64,000 nucleotides of DNA, from NCBI RefSeq assembly GCF_963678635.1, contig NC_087064.1, forward strand, positions 32,681,028 to 32,745,027, written 5' to 3'. The DNA comes from Symsagittifera roscoffensis (Eukaryota). Of this stretch, positions 12,631-25,700 are shown one piece after another; the first letter of the stretch is position 1, and every line of letters begins with the position of its first letter. Below the pieces are notes generated by a model, which did no database searches, was not told the origin of the DNA, and worked only from the letters and a program-made list of their open reading frames with translations. Position numbers and translations under genes: made by a program.

Positions 12631-12837
12631 TGCATAGATATTGAGGCGAAATGTCTTTTGGCTATTATTTTGCTCAAATTTACGTTTTTGACGGAAATTT
12701 TTTATATGATTGAAAAGATACATTACATTTCAAATTCGGAAAATTATATCTTTTCGATCATATAAAAAAATTTCGTCAAAAACGCAAATTTGAGCAAAAT
12801 AATAGCCAAAAGACATTTCGTGTCAATATCTATGCAT
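12631..12837. repeat. Near-perfect ~90-bp-arm palindrome (foldback) in PARP4-like intron 4
   Basis: TGCATAGATATTGAGGCGAAATGTCTTTTGGCTATTATTTTGCTCAAATTTACGTTTTTGACGGAAATTTTTTATATGATTGAAAAGATA is mirrored by its reverse complement across a ~30-bp centre at ~12735. Confidence 0.8.
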
Positions 12838-12989
12838 AAAATTCTCTATCATGTATTTAGCCGCACTATGCAAGGGATCTCTACCCTTATATTCGCGATG
12901 TGTTTGAGGTTACTTCATTATAGTTTGATTCAAAATATCGCCATAAGTGATGTAGTATTCCTTTCTTCAGTCCGATTCTATCCCTGAAT

Positions 12990-15500
12990 TTCACACTCTT
13001 CCGAAGTTTGTTTACTTGTCCGCTTGTTCGGATAAAAAGTCTTGAAATTGGACAAACAAAGATATAGGTAGAATTTGAGTCTTTTAGAAGTAAGTTCTTG
13101 TAATTTACTTTGCTTGAGTAGTCATTTTGGATCCACTTAAATCACTTTTTCTGTGCATTTTCTAATACTTCTTGGTTTTCCAATACCAGCAGGGACTTCC
13201 TTATAGGACGTCAGGGACAACCATTGACTTGTACAGATTTAGTTTGGTTCTTGATTCTAGTCTTGATGAGCTTCTTTTCAACATAAAGAGTACTTTTAAA
13301 GCTTTAATCACTGCAGCCTTGTTATGTGTATCCCACTCCAGATCAGCTGATATTGTAACACTCAAGTCTTTTTGAGTGTTCGTTCTCTCTATTCTTTTGC
13401 CAGAGAAGTAACAGGCATTTTCGAGTCTGTCATGGAAATGTGTAAGCATTTCTTCATATTCAGAAGTACTTTATGTTCTTCGCTCCATTTTTTTCCTCTT
13501 GAGAGATCGATTTAAAATCTAAGGCTTTTTGTGTCACTTGAAATTAATTTTGCGTCATCTGCGGACATCTGGGAAAGAGTTTTTACTTACCTCTGTTAGG
13601 TCGTTTTTATATATAACAAATAGCAGACTTGCTAGAATTGACCCTTGGGGCACTCCGCTTGTTACCAGAATTGGTTTTGATAATTCACCACAAACTTTAA
13701 GGCTCTGTTATCTGTTGATTAGATATGATTTCGTTAGTTTAAAAGTCCGCCCTCTCACCTAATTTGAACAGTTTCGACATTAGTATGCCGTGATTAACAT
13801 CATCAAAGGTTTTTTCGTAGTCAGTGTATATGATGTTGACTTTGCTCCCATTGTTAAGCGTTTTGAGAAACGTGGAAAATTGGTTTTTGGTGTCTGAACA
13901 GATAAATGAACAGACATCGTTCGAGATTATTGCCTATAATTTTCTACTTCTGATTTTGAGTCCCTCTTGTGGAGTGGACTCACAATTAATTTTTTCCAGT
14001 ATTTTGGGAAAATTTCGGTTTGTTTGACTTTATAAATTATTTGACTAAACGATTTACTTATACTTTTGCACAGCTTTTGTATAGCACTCATGGGAGATGG
14101 TCTGATCCACTAGCCCTTCTTGTTATTAAGTCGGATAAGATGTCCATGAATCTCTCGGGCGATATATCGAAATCATTAAATGGTTGCATAATCGGTGGTG
14201 AGTTATCAGGTTCAAATGCCGTTGATTTGTGGAAGATTTTGAGAATACTTTACAATGAGTTGGAGGATCGTTTGCGCAATCAGTTTTATAATGAACTGGC
14301 ACTGAAATGAGTGTTGTTTTTAAATTTCCAATTTTTGATAGTATTTAAATAAGTTGATCTGGTGTCCGCCAGCTTTGATTCATTTTCATATTTATCCTCA
14401 TTGATCTCTTCTTATGCGTCCTGTGATTTCTTGACTTTGCGCAGGTCTTGTGAGTGTTTGAGTTTGGCTGTGTTTAGTTTCTTTAGCATATGTGATGTTT
14501 CGGGTTTTATCCGTGGGGATAATATTGAGCGATGTTTTGTTCTACGCGGTGTGTGTTTCAGTACAATGTTTTTCAACCACACATACCATTGTTCGATCAG
14601 AACGTTTATATTACTCTAGTATATTCCATTGAATGGATAAGATTCAATGTCTCGCGAGATACTGCCGAAATCAGCTTAAGATTAGCTTATAGTTGCCGAC
14701 GAAACTCCAGCTCTTTAATAGTTTGTAACAAAATTCGTCTGTTTGATTTTGAGTATTATTGAGTTGTGGTTTGACCTTCACTGCTTTTTTGCAGAAAATG
14801 ATTTCGGTGTTCGTGTTTGTAAATATCAAGTCTAGTATCCCAGTTGATAATGCCGGGAAACCTACCAATTGCTGCATATCGTTTTCAAAGAGAAGGTAAA
14901 TCAGTTTTCCAGTTTCAGTATCGTTTAATTTATAGTCTGACCAGTCAACGTCGCTTATGTTGAAGTCACCATATATCGAAGTTGTATTATAATTTTTTGA
15001 TAGAATTATTATCTCAAAGATGTTGAATACAGTAGTATTGTGATGGGACCAGTGGGTTGATGAATCAGATTATAAGTACGTTATTGTCCTTATGTTTTAG
15101 TGAGCATGCGAATGTTGCTCCTGGTATTGAGTTTTGTAGTGCTAATTCTTCGGATATGAAAGTCTTTTCCATTGCATTGAGACACCCACCGTGTTTTGAA
15201 ACGAAATTGTTTTCTTTGCGATCAGGTCTGTATAGGGTATATTTTAGAAGAAAGAGCTCACTGTGATAAATAGTTGGTTATAACCAGGTTTCTGTTATCA
15301 TGAAAAAGTCAACCAGGCCAGTATTTATAAAGTTTGTTAGTTTTGTTATTTTTTCTCGATTTATGAGGCTACGAATGTTGAGTCCAAAGCCTTTCAAGTA
15401 GTTGTCGGTGTTCCTAATTGAAAGGTCAACCATTTAAGATGGTCTTTTTTTCGTAGATATAGCTTCCTGTCGCGAAGGTTTTGTTTTTAGTGACTCTCAG
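12990..15500 (-). mobile_element. LINE fragment; RT thumb region in ORF 13201-13449(-)
   Basis: The minus-strand ORF gives ...IERTNTQKDLSVTISADLEWDTHNKAAVIKALKVLFMLKR, which is the KDLGV.ISSDLKWD.HI-type RT C-terminal signature of CR1/L2-like elements. The rest is decayed. Confidence 0.45.
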
Positions 15501-15849
15501 CATCAATTAGCCGATGTCGTCCCAAGTCATTGTTTTCCATTTTAGCTTCTTCTTTTGTTAATTCTTTGCTGAAGAACGCAGGAGGATTGTAATGCTGCTG
15601 ATGCCAAGATTGCTCTCTACTTCCATTTTTTTGGTACCTTCAGTATGATTATTCTGTTTTTGTCGTCTCGTTTTTTCCCAATTCTTATTAGGTCGCTGAT
15701 ATCCGTTTCTAGACAATATTGCTTCAAGACTTACAAGATGATTCATTTGAGGACTTCATACGGTTTCTTGTACCAATAATTTTAGAACTCTTCATCAACT
15801 TCGCTTGGTACTCCGAGTCAAAGGCTCAAAGATTTCACCAGACTGAAGA

Positions 15850-15965
15850 ATGGGTATTGTCTGGGACCCTGAATCTTTGAAAAACTCAAAGACTACCCCA
15901 GTTTGGCATTTTTTTAATATAACTTGGGACCCTGAATCGAAGACTCAAAAGAGTACACCAAGTTT
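15850..15965. repeat. Short tandem duplication (~48 bp x 2)
   Basis: TGGGACCCTGAATC...AAAGACTACCCCAGTTTGGCA occurs twice head to tail. Confidence 0.6.
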
Positions 15966-18555
15966 AAATAAAAGCATTAACTCTATTGATCGATGCTTTC
16001 TTGAAGTCTTCTTTGCTTGGCCTTCCTTCTGCTCTTCGAAGGTTTCCGTTTGTTTGGGTAGAAGTGTAGGGTTATTGCAAGTTGTCGTAGCTCTTGGTTT
16101 GCAGATTGATGCAGTTGTCTGTAAGATCGTATGACACTTCCATCCAACTTTTCCGTGCTGGTGAGAGTGTGTTCACTGAGGTTGATAACTGGAACGTCAA
16201 GCGTTCTCCAATCTTAGAAGATGTAAGTCGATTTCTCTCTTGCATTAAACAGTCGCGTAGAGATTTGGTAACTTTTGAAGGTTGGTGATTGGTTCGTGAA
16301 ACTTCAGGGGCTTAAACTCGTTTGAAGGATGTGCGGTAGTGGAATTATATTTGAGGTCGTGCCACAAAATAATCTTTTTATCTTTCTCAGGAGCTGAAAA
16401 TAAATTTTTTTCCCGGTACAGCCACGTGGTAATTCAAATTTAGCGTGGATTCACTTTATATTTCGTCAATTTTGTCTTTTAGCGATTTTTCTTGCGTGTA
16501 GCATAATTGTAATGTGAACTTGCTTCAACAATATGTCCCATTCAAAATCAAAGAACGAGAAAAAAAGGAAGGGAAGTCGGAGGAAAAAAAGGAAAAAACT
16601 AATCTGAGTTGTCGACTTTATGATGTATTTGACAGTCTCCACAAAGTGAGATGCCCAGAACAGCAAACAGCGATAATCAATGTAACAGAATAAACTCAAA
16701 TTATAGGTGTCACAAGTGGCTACCCCTTAGCATTTGTTTTTATCTGAAAACAAACTATTTAATAGTTTTTTTTTAATAAACAAACCATGTAACAAAAAGT
16801 GATGGGGGTTTGAAAATCCTCAATTTGGCTAACTTGAGATAATTAACGCGCATTATTTTGGTTCTAATAACTCACTTAAGCGGCAAATTAAATTGTTCCA
16901 AATATAATTAATGCAAGTAATTTGGTCTTTTATCAGGGTACGAGACGCTAAATACTTTCCTTTGAAATCAAAAAGCGTATAGTCAGATAACAGTGGACAG
17001 AAACCAAAAAGATTGTTCTTCTTTCAGGGCAAAGCTCTGAAAGTTCCGACCGCCCCTTAATCCATATCGAGTAGTGTTTGGGAAAAGAAAATATTTTGAA
17101 ATATTGAGTTTTGGGCAATATCAGTGATCAAGTATTAAAGTTTGAGTCGTACGAAATTTATGCAATCGATTATGTAGCCTCATTTGAATTGGCAGCGATT
17201 GTGTGCGGGATAATTCGCCACGCTTAAATAATTCGCGTTACGCTTTCAGAATTATGGATAAAATGTCCAAAGCGGGCATAAATTAGTCCAGAGCATGCCC
17301 AAAGAGCCAATTTTCAAACTCGCAAAACTTTATAAAAAATGATCGGAAGTAAGATATATATTTTTTTAAATTTTGATTTCAATAAGGCAATATCTTTAAT
17401 GGAGATGAATTTTTTTTTGTAAAAATTTATAATTTCAATTGCTGAATTAGTAATTGAATTGGCTAACAAATACCACACCAAGCTTAGTTAATCCATTTTA
17501 GCCGAAAGTCGGAACTAAAAGCGTATTTCAGTGAGCAATTTAAAAGTGGGCTTCGCCCTGATTTACGAGCAGTCTTGTTTCTTTCACAACTTGCCTTAAA
17601 TTGAATGACCACTTTGAACTCAGTGTTATGCCAGAAGTATTGTGTTTTCGAAGAAGCTTCATAGATTGGGATTGATTATTGCTGTCGTCAGACTTTTTTC
17701 TGCAATGTATTTTTTCTTCTTGATTTGTGCTCCTTTTGTCGCTTTTTTCTTTGTATTTGCTAGATGCAGCTGTATCTCTGGATGCAGTTCCACATATATT
17801 GTGCGCTAATAAATTTTCTGAATATTGGTTCACACAGCTCAAGTTAGCTCCTGAAATGTTTCCTGGATTTTTTTTGGCATTTTCTCGTTTCTTTTGCAAA
17901 ACTAAGATTGTTTTTAACATTCTGTGTTACCTTAAACTATTGATTTTCTGTTGAATTATGAAGGTGTGGTCGATTTCAAATTGGTGCTTTTTGGCTGCCA
18001 AATTTACAATTTTTTGTTTCGACTATTGAAAATGGGGAGTAACTTTGTATTCCGCTGTTTTTATTTTTTTTGTTTTCTACGCAAAATCAAGTACCATAAG
18101 TAATCATCGGACTGGGTGTTGAGTGATATATCATATTAAAGCACTTACAGTCGTGATTCGAACCACTTTGAAAGCTTTCGAATTTTCTCCCCGTTTCGAG
18201 AAAAACCGGTTAAGAAATTTTCAAAAAATTAAAAAACTGCAACTTGAATTTTTTTCAATATTCAAGTAACTTCTCTAAAAATATTGTTTTTCGATTTGCT
18301 AATTTTATTATGACTGTTGAATATACCTAATCTCCTTCTATCACACCACGTCGAAAAGAAACGACTGTAATTTGAATATAACTTTGTTGTATATTGTACG
18401 ACAATGGTCGGAACACTGTGCCACTTGCACAGTAACCGACTATCCTTGTTAAATATCAAATTGTATCTTTATCTTTACAATTATTTTATACTGAAACCTG
18501 TCAATTACTTTTAACAAAGTCCATTCTGTTTTAATTGAGACAGTTTGTTTTCCAG

Positions 18556-18930
18556 GTTATTCTGATGGATGACAAAAACTCGATGCTGGATACCAGCATC
18601 ACGGAGCTCATGCAAACTCTGTATGGAGAGTCTCAGGCGACATTTGACGGGTTGCGCAACGGCTCGAAATCCGTGTTTGAGTTCAAACGGGAGACCGTAA
18701 ACGAAGCCATGGGATACTTGAAACAACTTAAAATAATATTACAAGGTGCGAAATTGAAAAAACAGGAAGCAATAGCAGGGGAGTTGAATCGCGGGGACAG
18801 TGATGTGGAGTCAGGTTCAGATTCGTTCAAGGTTGCATCTTTGACCAAGAAGTTCTTCCAGTGCATTCCTCACAAGAGAACATTTGTGCTTGACTTGAAA
18901 ACTGTAGTTCACAAATTGGACATGTGTCAG
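18556..18930 (+). CDS. PARP4: PARP4-like exon 5, PARP alpha-helical regulatory domain
   Basis: Acceptor TTTTCCAG|GTT. ...SDSFKVASLTKKFFQCIPHKRTFVLDLKTVVHKLDMCQ matches the PARP1 helical-domain motif RFYTLIPHDF...VEMLDNLLDIEV. Donor CAG|GTCTGC is phase 0. Confidence 0.85.
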
Positions 18931-19407
18931 GTCTGCAATTTTGTTCTCTGTTTTCGTTTTGTTTTTCCGGCAACATAACGAAGCCCAATTATTCAACAGT
19001 CTCGTGAAACATATCATGATGCAGAAAGAGGTAGCAGATATAAACCCTGTCAACCGTAATTTGGCGTCCAAAAGTTGGGTATTATCAGAAATTATCAGAG
19101 ATTTTACTCAAGTAGTACAGCGTTTAAGCAATACTTAAAAGCTAATCATGGAACGTGTAACCCAGGCATTTTGGGGGTTTTCGAGTTTCTTTTTTTTTTC
19201 ATTGAATTCGAGTCTTTTTTGAATGAAAGACTATCTAATGGAAGGTTCTGCCAATTGCAAGGCTACCATAGCGTTTAAAAATTCGATTATTACAGTCTCC
19301 TGGAAAGCATGGATAACGGTTTTTCCGAAACTCTTATTACGTTAATCGTAAAACGTTTTTATTTATGTTTAGTAATTACGTTTATCAAATATGAATTCTT
19401 TTTGCAG

Positions 19408-19688
19408 GTTATTTTGGACATGAACTCAATTGGAGAGAGCACAAATTGGGCCCCCGTTCCCCCAGTTATGTCGATGTACAAGGCTCTGGGAGTGCGAATC
19501 ACGCCACTTCCTGCTGTCGAACTAGAGGCTCTTTCACAATCGCTACAGTTTTCGAACAGGGCAGAAGTAACTCAGGTGTTTGGACTTCTGAAACCTGCTC
19601 AGATGTGTTCGTTCAAGTCGACTGGAAAGGAAGTGCAAACATTGTATCACGGAACAAGTCCTGCCAACTTGATCGGAGTTTTGTCGAG
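19408..19688 (+). CDS. PARP4: PARP4-like exon 6, N-terminal part of PARP catalytic domain (H-G-S)
   Basis: Acceptor TTTTGCAG|GTT. ...TGKEVQTLYHGTSPANLIGVLSR matches PARP1 LWHGSRTTNFAGILSQG and human PARP4 LLHGSPVQNIVGILCRG. Donor AG|GTAAAT is phase 2. Confidence 0.85.
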
Positions 19689-19744
19689 GTAAATGCACTT
19701 AAGAAAATCAGACTCCCTCCTCCACAGTTGTGCCTACGTATTTA

Positions 19745-22700
19745 ATAGATTTACTAGTAAAACTTTTGTTTTATTTGTCCGTTTGCAATAAAACTTGGAT
19801 TGTGGTTTAAGTAATTGAATCAAAACGTGTTTGGTTTCTCCTGCTTACGTATTATGTTATAGTATGAACTCTCTTTTTTTTCAACCTAAGTCGTAAATAT
19901 TGTTGCGACGCAAATATTTTTGCGACAAAAAGTGTTCATTTTGAAAGTGTTCATTTTGATCAATAACCGGCTATTAAGTACAGCCAATACTAAGGATTTT
20001 AACACAGACTATTCTATTACAAATAGCACTTAAGCTTCAAGCTATCGTGGATCTGTAGCGTAGAGGTAGGAAAGCAGGCCCGCAACAATATAAGAGGGTT
20101 CGAACCTGGGCAGGGTCTGATATTTTTAATGAAATTTTTCGCGCACTAGCTAAAATGCGTCCGCTGTATAAATTGAGGCATGTTAGCTGGTAAATTTCTC
20201 TTTTTTTTCAAATTGACTGGTACTTCTAATGCGTCATAATTGGCTAGCGTCACTTAGCAATTATGTAGTTTCATAATTGGCTTGCGAAATTTTGTAGACT
20301 CAAAGTTTTACTCATTAAGATTTTCCCAGTACCGTTATCGGTCATTTTTTTTCTTGGTGTGTGCGAAGTGCAACTTCGCCTCTGTGTAAAAAGTGTGAAA
20401 CAATTAATGACACAATGTGATCGATGCTTGCGAAAAATAGGGAAGAAAAGAGAACCAAAATTTCGATGAAGTTTTTTTTTTGTTTTATTTGTTCGTTTGC
20501 AATAAAACTTGGATTGTGGTTTAAGTAATTGAATCAAACGTGTTTTATTTCTCCTATTTACGTATTTTGTTAAATAGTGCTGAGTTAAATTAACCGGACA
20601 AAACGCGTTAAACTTGAAATTTAAAACCCGTTTTTCTCAAATTGGGTTGAGTTTAGGTGAAAACTTATGAAGACAAAACTTGCTTAAAATTTTAGCAGAA
20701 TTAATATGGTGTAATTTGTTTTGCGAATTTCAGGCCCAAAATTTTACCCCAAAAATGGGTTATGTTGGCTTTTCTTAGTTAATCAAAATTTACGCCAGAA
20801 ATACCCAGTCGATCACAGAAATAATTATATCAAAGTGAGCCCATTACGTAGCCCAACAAACTTTATGAAGGGTGTTTTCTCCAAAATATTGTATAAGTTA
20901 ATTTATTTTTGTTTGATAGACAATTTTTAAACAATTTGCAATTTTTTTTGGAGAATATACCCTTCATAAAGTTTATTGGACTACGTAATGGGCTCACTTT
21001 GATATAATTATTTCTGTGATCGACTGGGTATTTTTGGCGTAAGTTTTGATTAACTAAGAAAAGCCAACATAACCCATTTTTGGGGTAAAATTTTGGGCCT
21101 GAAATTCGCAAAACAAATTACACCATATTAATTCTGCTAAAATTTTAAGCAAGTTTTGTCTTCATAAGTTTTCACCTAAACTCAACCCAATTTGAGAAAA
21201 ACGGGTTTTAAATTTCAAGTTTAACGCGTTTTGTCCGGTTAATTTAAATCAGCACTGTAGTATGAATTGTATTTTGGTGTAATATGAACTCTCTTTTTCC
21301 AACCTAAGTCGCAAATATTAGTGCTCTTTTTGAAAGTGCTCTTTTATTGCAGTATATGCATAAGATTAATAACCAGCGATCAAGTACAGCCAATGCTAAG
21401 GATTTTAACACAGACGATTATATTACAAATAGCCCTTAAGCTTCAAGGTATCATGGATCTGTAGCGTAGAGGTAGGAAAAGAGACACGCAACAAAAGAGA
21501 GGGTTCGAACCGGGGCATGGTCGGATGTTTTTAATGAAATTTTTCGCGTACTAGCTAAAATGCGTCCGCTCTATAAATTGAGGCATGTTAGCTGGTAAAT
21601 TTCTCTTTTTTTTTTCAAATTGACTGGTACTTCTAGTGTGTCATAACTGGCTTGCGTCACTTTGCTATGATGTAAGTCTCATAATTGGCATGCGAAATTT
21701 TGTAGACTCAAAGTTTTACTCATTAAGATTTTCCCAGTATCGTTCTCGGTCATTTTTTTAGTAATTGAATCAAACGTGTTTAAGTAATTGAATCAAACGT
21801 ATTTTATTTCTCCTGTTTACGTGTTTTGTTATAGTATGAAACGTATTTTGGTATAGTATGAACTCTCTTTTTTTCAAACTAAGTGGCAAATATTGTTGCG
21901 ACGCAAATATTGTTGCGACAAAAAGTTTTCGTTTTGAAAGTTTTCTTTTTGATCATTAACCAGCAATTAAGTACAGCCAATTCTAAGGATTTTAACACGG
22001 ACTATTATTTTACAAGTGGCACTTAATCTTCAAGGTATCTTGGATCTGTAGCGTAGAGGTAGGGAAGCAGACCCGCAACAAAGTAAGAGGGTTCGAACCT
22101 GGGCAGGGTCGGAGGTTTTTAATGAACTTTTTCGTGTACTAGCTTAAAGGCGTCCGCTCTATAAATTGAGGCATGTTAGCTGGTAAATTTCTTTTTTTTT
22201 CAAATTGACTGGTACTTCTAGTGTTTCATAACTTGCTTGCGTCACTTTGCTATGATGTAGTCTCATAATTGGCATGCGAAATTTTGTAGACTCAAAGTTT
22301 TACTCATTAAGATTTTCCCAGTAGCGTTATCGGTCATTTTTATCTTGGTGTGTGCGAAGTGCAACTTCGCCTGTGTAAAAGTTGTGAAACAATTAATGAC
22401 ACAATGTAATCGATGCTTGCGAAAAATAGGGAAGAGAAGAGAACCCAAATTTCGATGAAGTTTTGTTTTGTTTTATTTGTCCTTTGCTATAAAGCTTGGA
22501 TTGTGGTTTAAGTAATTGAATCAAAACTTATTTTATTTCTCCTGTTTACGTGTTTTTTTATAGTATGAAACGTATTTTGGTATAGTATGAACTCTCTTTT
22601 TTTCGAACTAAGTCGCAAATATTGTTGCGACGCAATTATTGTATCGAAAAAAAGTTTTCATTTTGAAAGTTTTCTTTTTGATCATTAACCAGCAATTAAG

Positions 22701-25700
22701 TACAGCCAATGCTAAGGATTTTAACACGGACTATTATATTACAAGTGGCACTTAAGCTTCGAGGTATCATGGATCTGTAGCGGAGAGGTAGGGAAGCAGA
22801 CCCGCAACAAAGTAAGAGGGTTCGAACCTGGGCAGGGTCGGAGGTTTTTAATGAACTTTTTCGTGTACTAGCTTAAAGGCGTCCGCTCTATAAATTGAGG
22901 CATGTTAGCTGGTAAATTTCTTTTTTTTTCAAATTGACTGGTACTTCTAGTGTGTCAATACTGGCTTGCGTCACTTTGCAATGATGTAGTCTCATAATTG
23001 GAATGCGAAATTTTGTAGACCCAAAATTTTACTCATTAAGATTTTCCCAGTATCGTTTTCGGTCATTTTTTTTAGTAATTGAATCAAACGTGTTTAAGTA
23101 ATTGAATCAAACGTGTTTTATTTCTCCTATTTACGTATTTTGTTATAGTATGAATTGTATTTTGGTATAGTATGAACTCTCTTTTTTCAACCTAAGTCGC
23201 AAATATTAGTGCTCTTTTTGAAAGTGCTCTTTTATTGCAGTATATGCATAAGATTAATAACCAGCGATCAAGTACAGCCAATGCTAAGGATTTTAACACA
23301 GACGATTATATTACAAATAGCCCTTAAGCTTCAAGGTATCATGAATCTGTAGCGTAGAGGTAGGAAAAGAGACACGCAACAAAAGAGAGGGTTTGAACCG
23401 GGGCATGGTCGGATGTTTTTAATGAAATTTTTCGCGTACTAGCTAAAATGCGTCCGCTCTATAAATTGAGGCATGTTAGCTGGTAAATTTCTTTTTTTTT
23501 CAAATTGACTGGTACTTCTAGTGTGTCATAACTGGCTTGCGTCACTTTGCTATGATGTAAGTCTAATAATTGGCATGCGAAATTTTGTAGACTCAAAGTT
23601 TTACTCATTAAGATTTTCCCAGTATCGTTCTCGGTCATTTTTTTTAGTAATTGAATCAAACGTGTTTAAGTAATTGAATCAAACGTATTTTATTTCTCCT
23701 GTTTACGTGTTTTGTTATAGTATGGAACGTATTTTGGTATAGTATGAACTCTCTTTTTTTCAAACTAAGTGGCAAATATTGTTGCGACGCAAATATTGTT
23801 GCGACAAAAAGTTTTCATTTTGAAAGTTTTCTTTTTGATCATTAACCAGCAATTAAGTACAGCCAATTCTAAGGATTTTAACACGGACTATTATTTTACA
23901 AGTGGCACTTAAGCTTCAAGGTATCTTGGATCTGTAGCGTAGAGGTAGAGAAGCAGACCCGCAACAAAGTAAGAGGGTTCGAACCTGGGCAGGGTCGGAG
24001 GTTTTTAATGAACTTTTTCGTGTACTAGCTTAAAGGCGTCCGCTCTATAAATTGAGGCATGTTAGCTGGTAAATTTCTTTTTTTTTCAAATTGACTGGTA
24101 CTTCTAGTGTTTCATAACTTGCTTGCGTCACTTTGCTATGATGTAGTCTCATAATTGGCATGCGAAATTTTGTAGACTCAAAGTTTTACTCATTAAGATT
24201 TTCCCAGTAGCGTTATCGGTCATTTTTATCTTGGTGTGTGCGAAGTGCAACTTCGCCTGTGTTAAAGTTGTGAAACAATTAATGACACAATGTAATCGAT
24301 GCTTGCGAAAAATAGGGAAGAGAAGAGAACCAAAATTTCGAAGAAACTTTGTTTTGTTTTATTTGTCCTTTGCTATAAAGCTTGGATTGTGGTTCAAGTA
24401 ATTGAATCAAAACTTATTTTATTTCTCCTGTTTACGTGTTTTTTTATAGTATGAAACGTGTTTTGGTATAGTATGAACTCTCTTTTTTTCGAACTAAGTC
24501 GCAAATATTGTTGCGACGCAAATATTGTATCGAAAAAAAGTTTTCATTTTGAAAGTTTTCTTTTTGATCATTAACCAGCAATTAAGTACAGCCAATACTA
24601 AGGATTTTAACACGGACTATTATATTACAATAGGCACTTAAGCTTCGAGGTATCATGGATCTGTAGCGGAGTGGTAGGGAAGCAGACCCGCAACAAAGTA
24701 AAAGGGTTCGAACCTGGGCAGGGTCGGAGGTTTTTAATGAACTTTTTCGTGTACTAGCTTAAAGGCGTCCGCTCTATAAATTGAGGCATGTTAGCTGGTA
24801 AATTTCTTTTTTTTTTCAAATTGACTGGTACTTCTAGTGTGTCAATACTGGCTTGCGTCACTTTGCAATGATGTAGTCTCATAATTGGAATGCGAAATTT
24901 TGTGGACCCAAAATTTTACTCATTAAGATTTTACCAGTATCGTTCTCGGTCATTTTTTTTAGTAATTGAATCAAACGTGTTTAAGTAATTGAATCAAACG
25001 TGTTTTATTTCTCCTATTTACGTATTTTGCTATAGTATGAATTGTATTTTGGTATAGTATGAACTCTCTTTTTTCAACCTAAGTCGCAAATATTAGTGCT
25101 CTTTTTGAAAGTGCTCTTTTATTGCAGTATATGCATAAGATTAATAACCAGCGATCAAGTACAGCCAATGCTAAGGATTTTAACACAGACGATTATATTA
25201 CAAATAGCCCTTAAGCTTCAAGGTATCATGGATCTGTAGCGTAGAGGTAGGAAAAGAGACACGCAACAATAGAGGGTTCGAACCGGGGCATGGTCGGATG
25301 TTTTTAATGAAATTTTTCGCGTACTAGCTAAAATGCGTCCGCTCTATAAATTGAGGCATGTTAGCTGGTAAATTTCTCTTTTTTTTTTCAAATTGACTGG
25401 TACTTCTAGTGTGTCATAACTGGCTTGCGTCACTTTGCTATGATGTAGTCTCATAATTGGCATGCGAAATTTTGTAGACTCAAAGTTTTACTCATTAAGA
25501 TTTTCCCAGTATCGTTCTCGGTCATTTTTTTAGTAATTGAATCAAACGTGTTTAAGTAATTGAATCAAACGTATTTTATTTCTCCTGTTTACGTGTTTTG
25601 TTATAGTATGAAACGTATTTTGGTATAGTATGAACTCTCTTTTTTTCAAACTAAGTGGCAAATATTGTTGCGACGCAAATATTGTTGCGACAAAAAGTTT

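Noticed and set aside
13529-14762. Several plus-strand ORFs (DPWGTPLV..., 14020..14310)
   Set aside because: They lie within a decayed minus-strand LINE. No recognisable motifs. Probably chance ORFs.
17540-17920. 126-aa minus-strand ORF
   Set aside because: Lys/Ser/Asn-rich low complexity. No domain signature and no splice or expression logic.
20721-21111. Two ORFs encoding the identical peptide MRISGPKFYPKNGLCWLFLV... on opposite strands
   Set aside because: Consequence of the perfect foldback MITE arms, not convergent genes.
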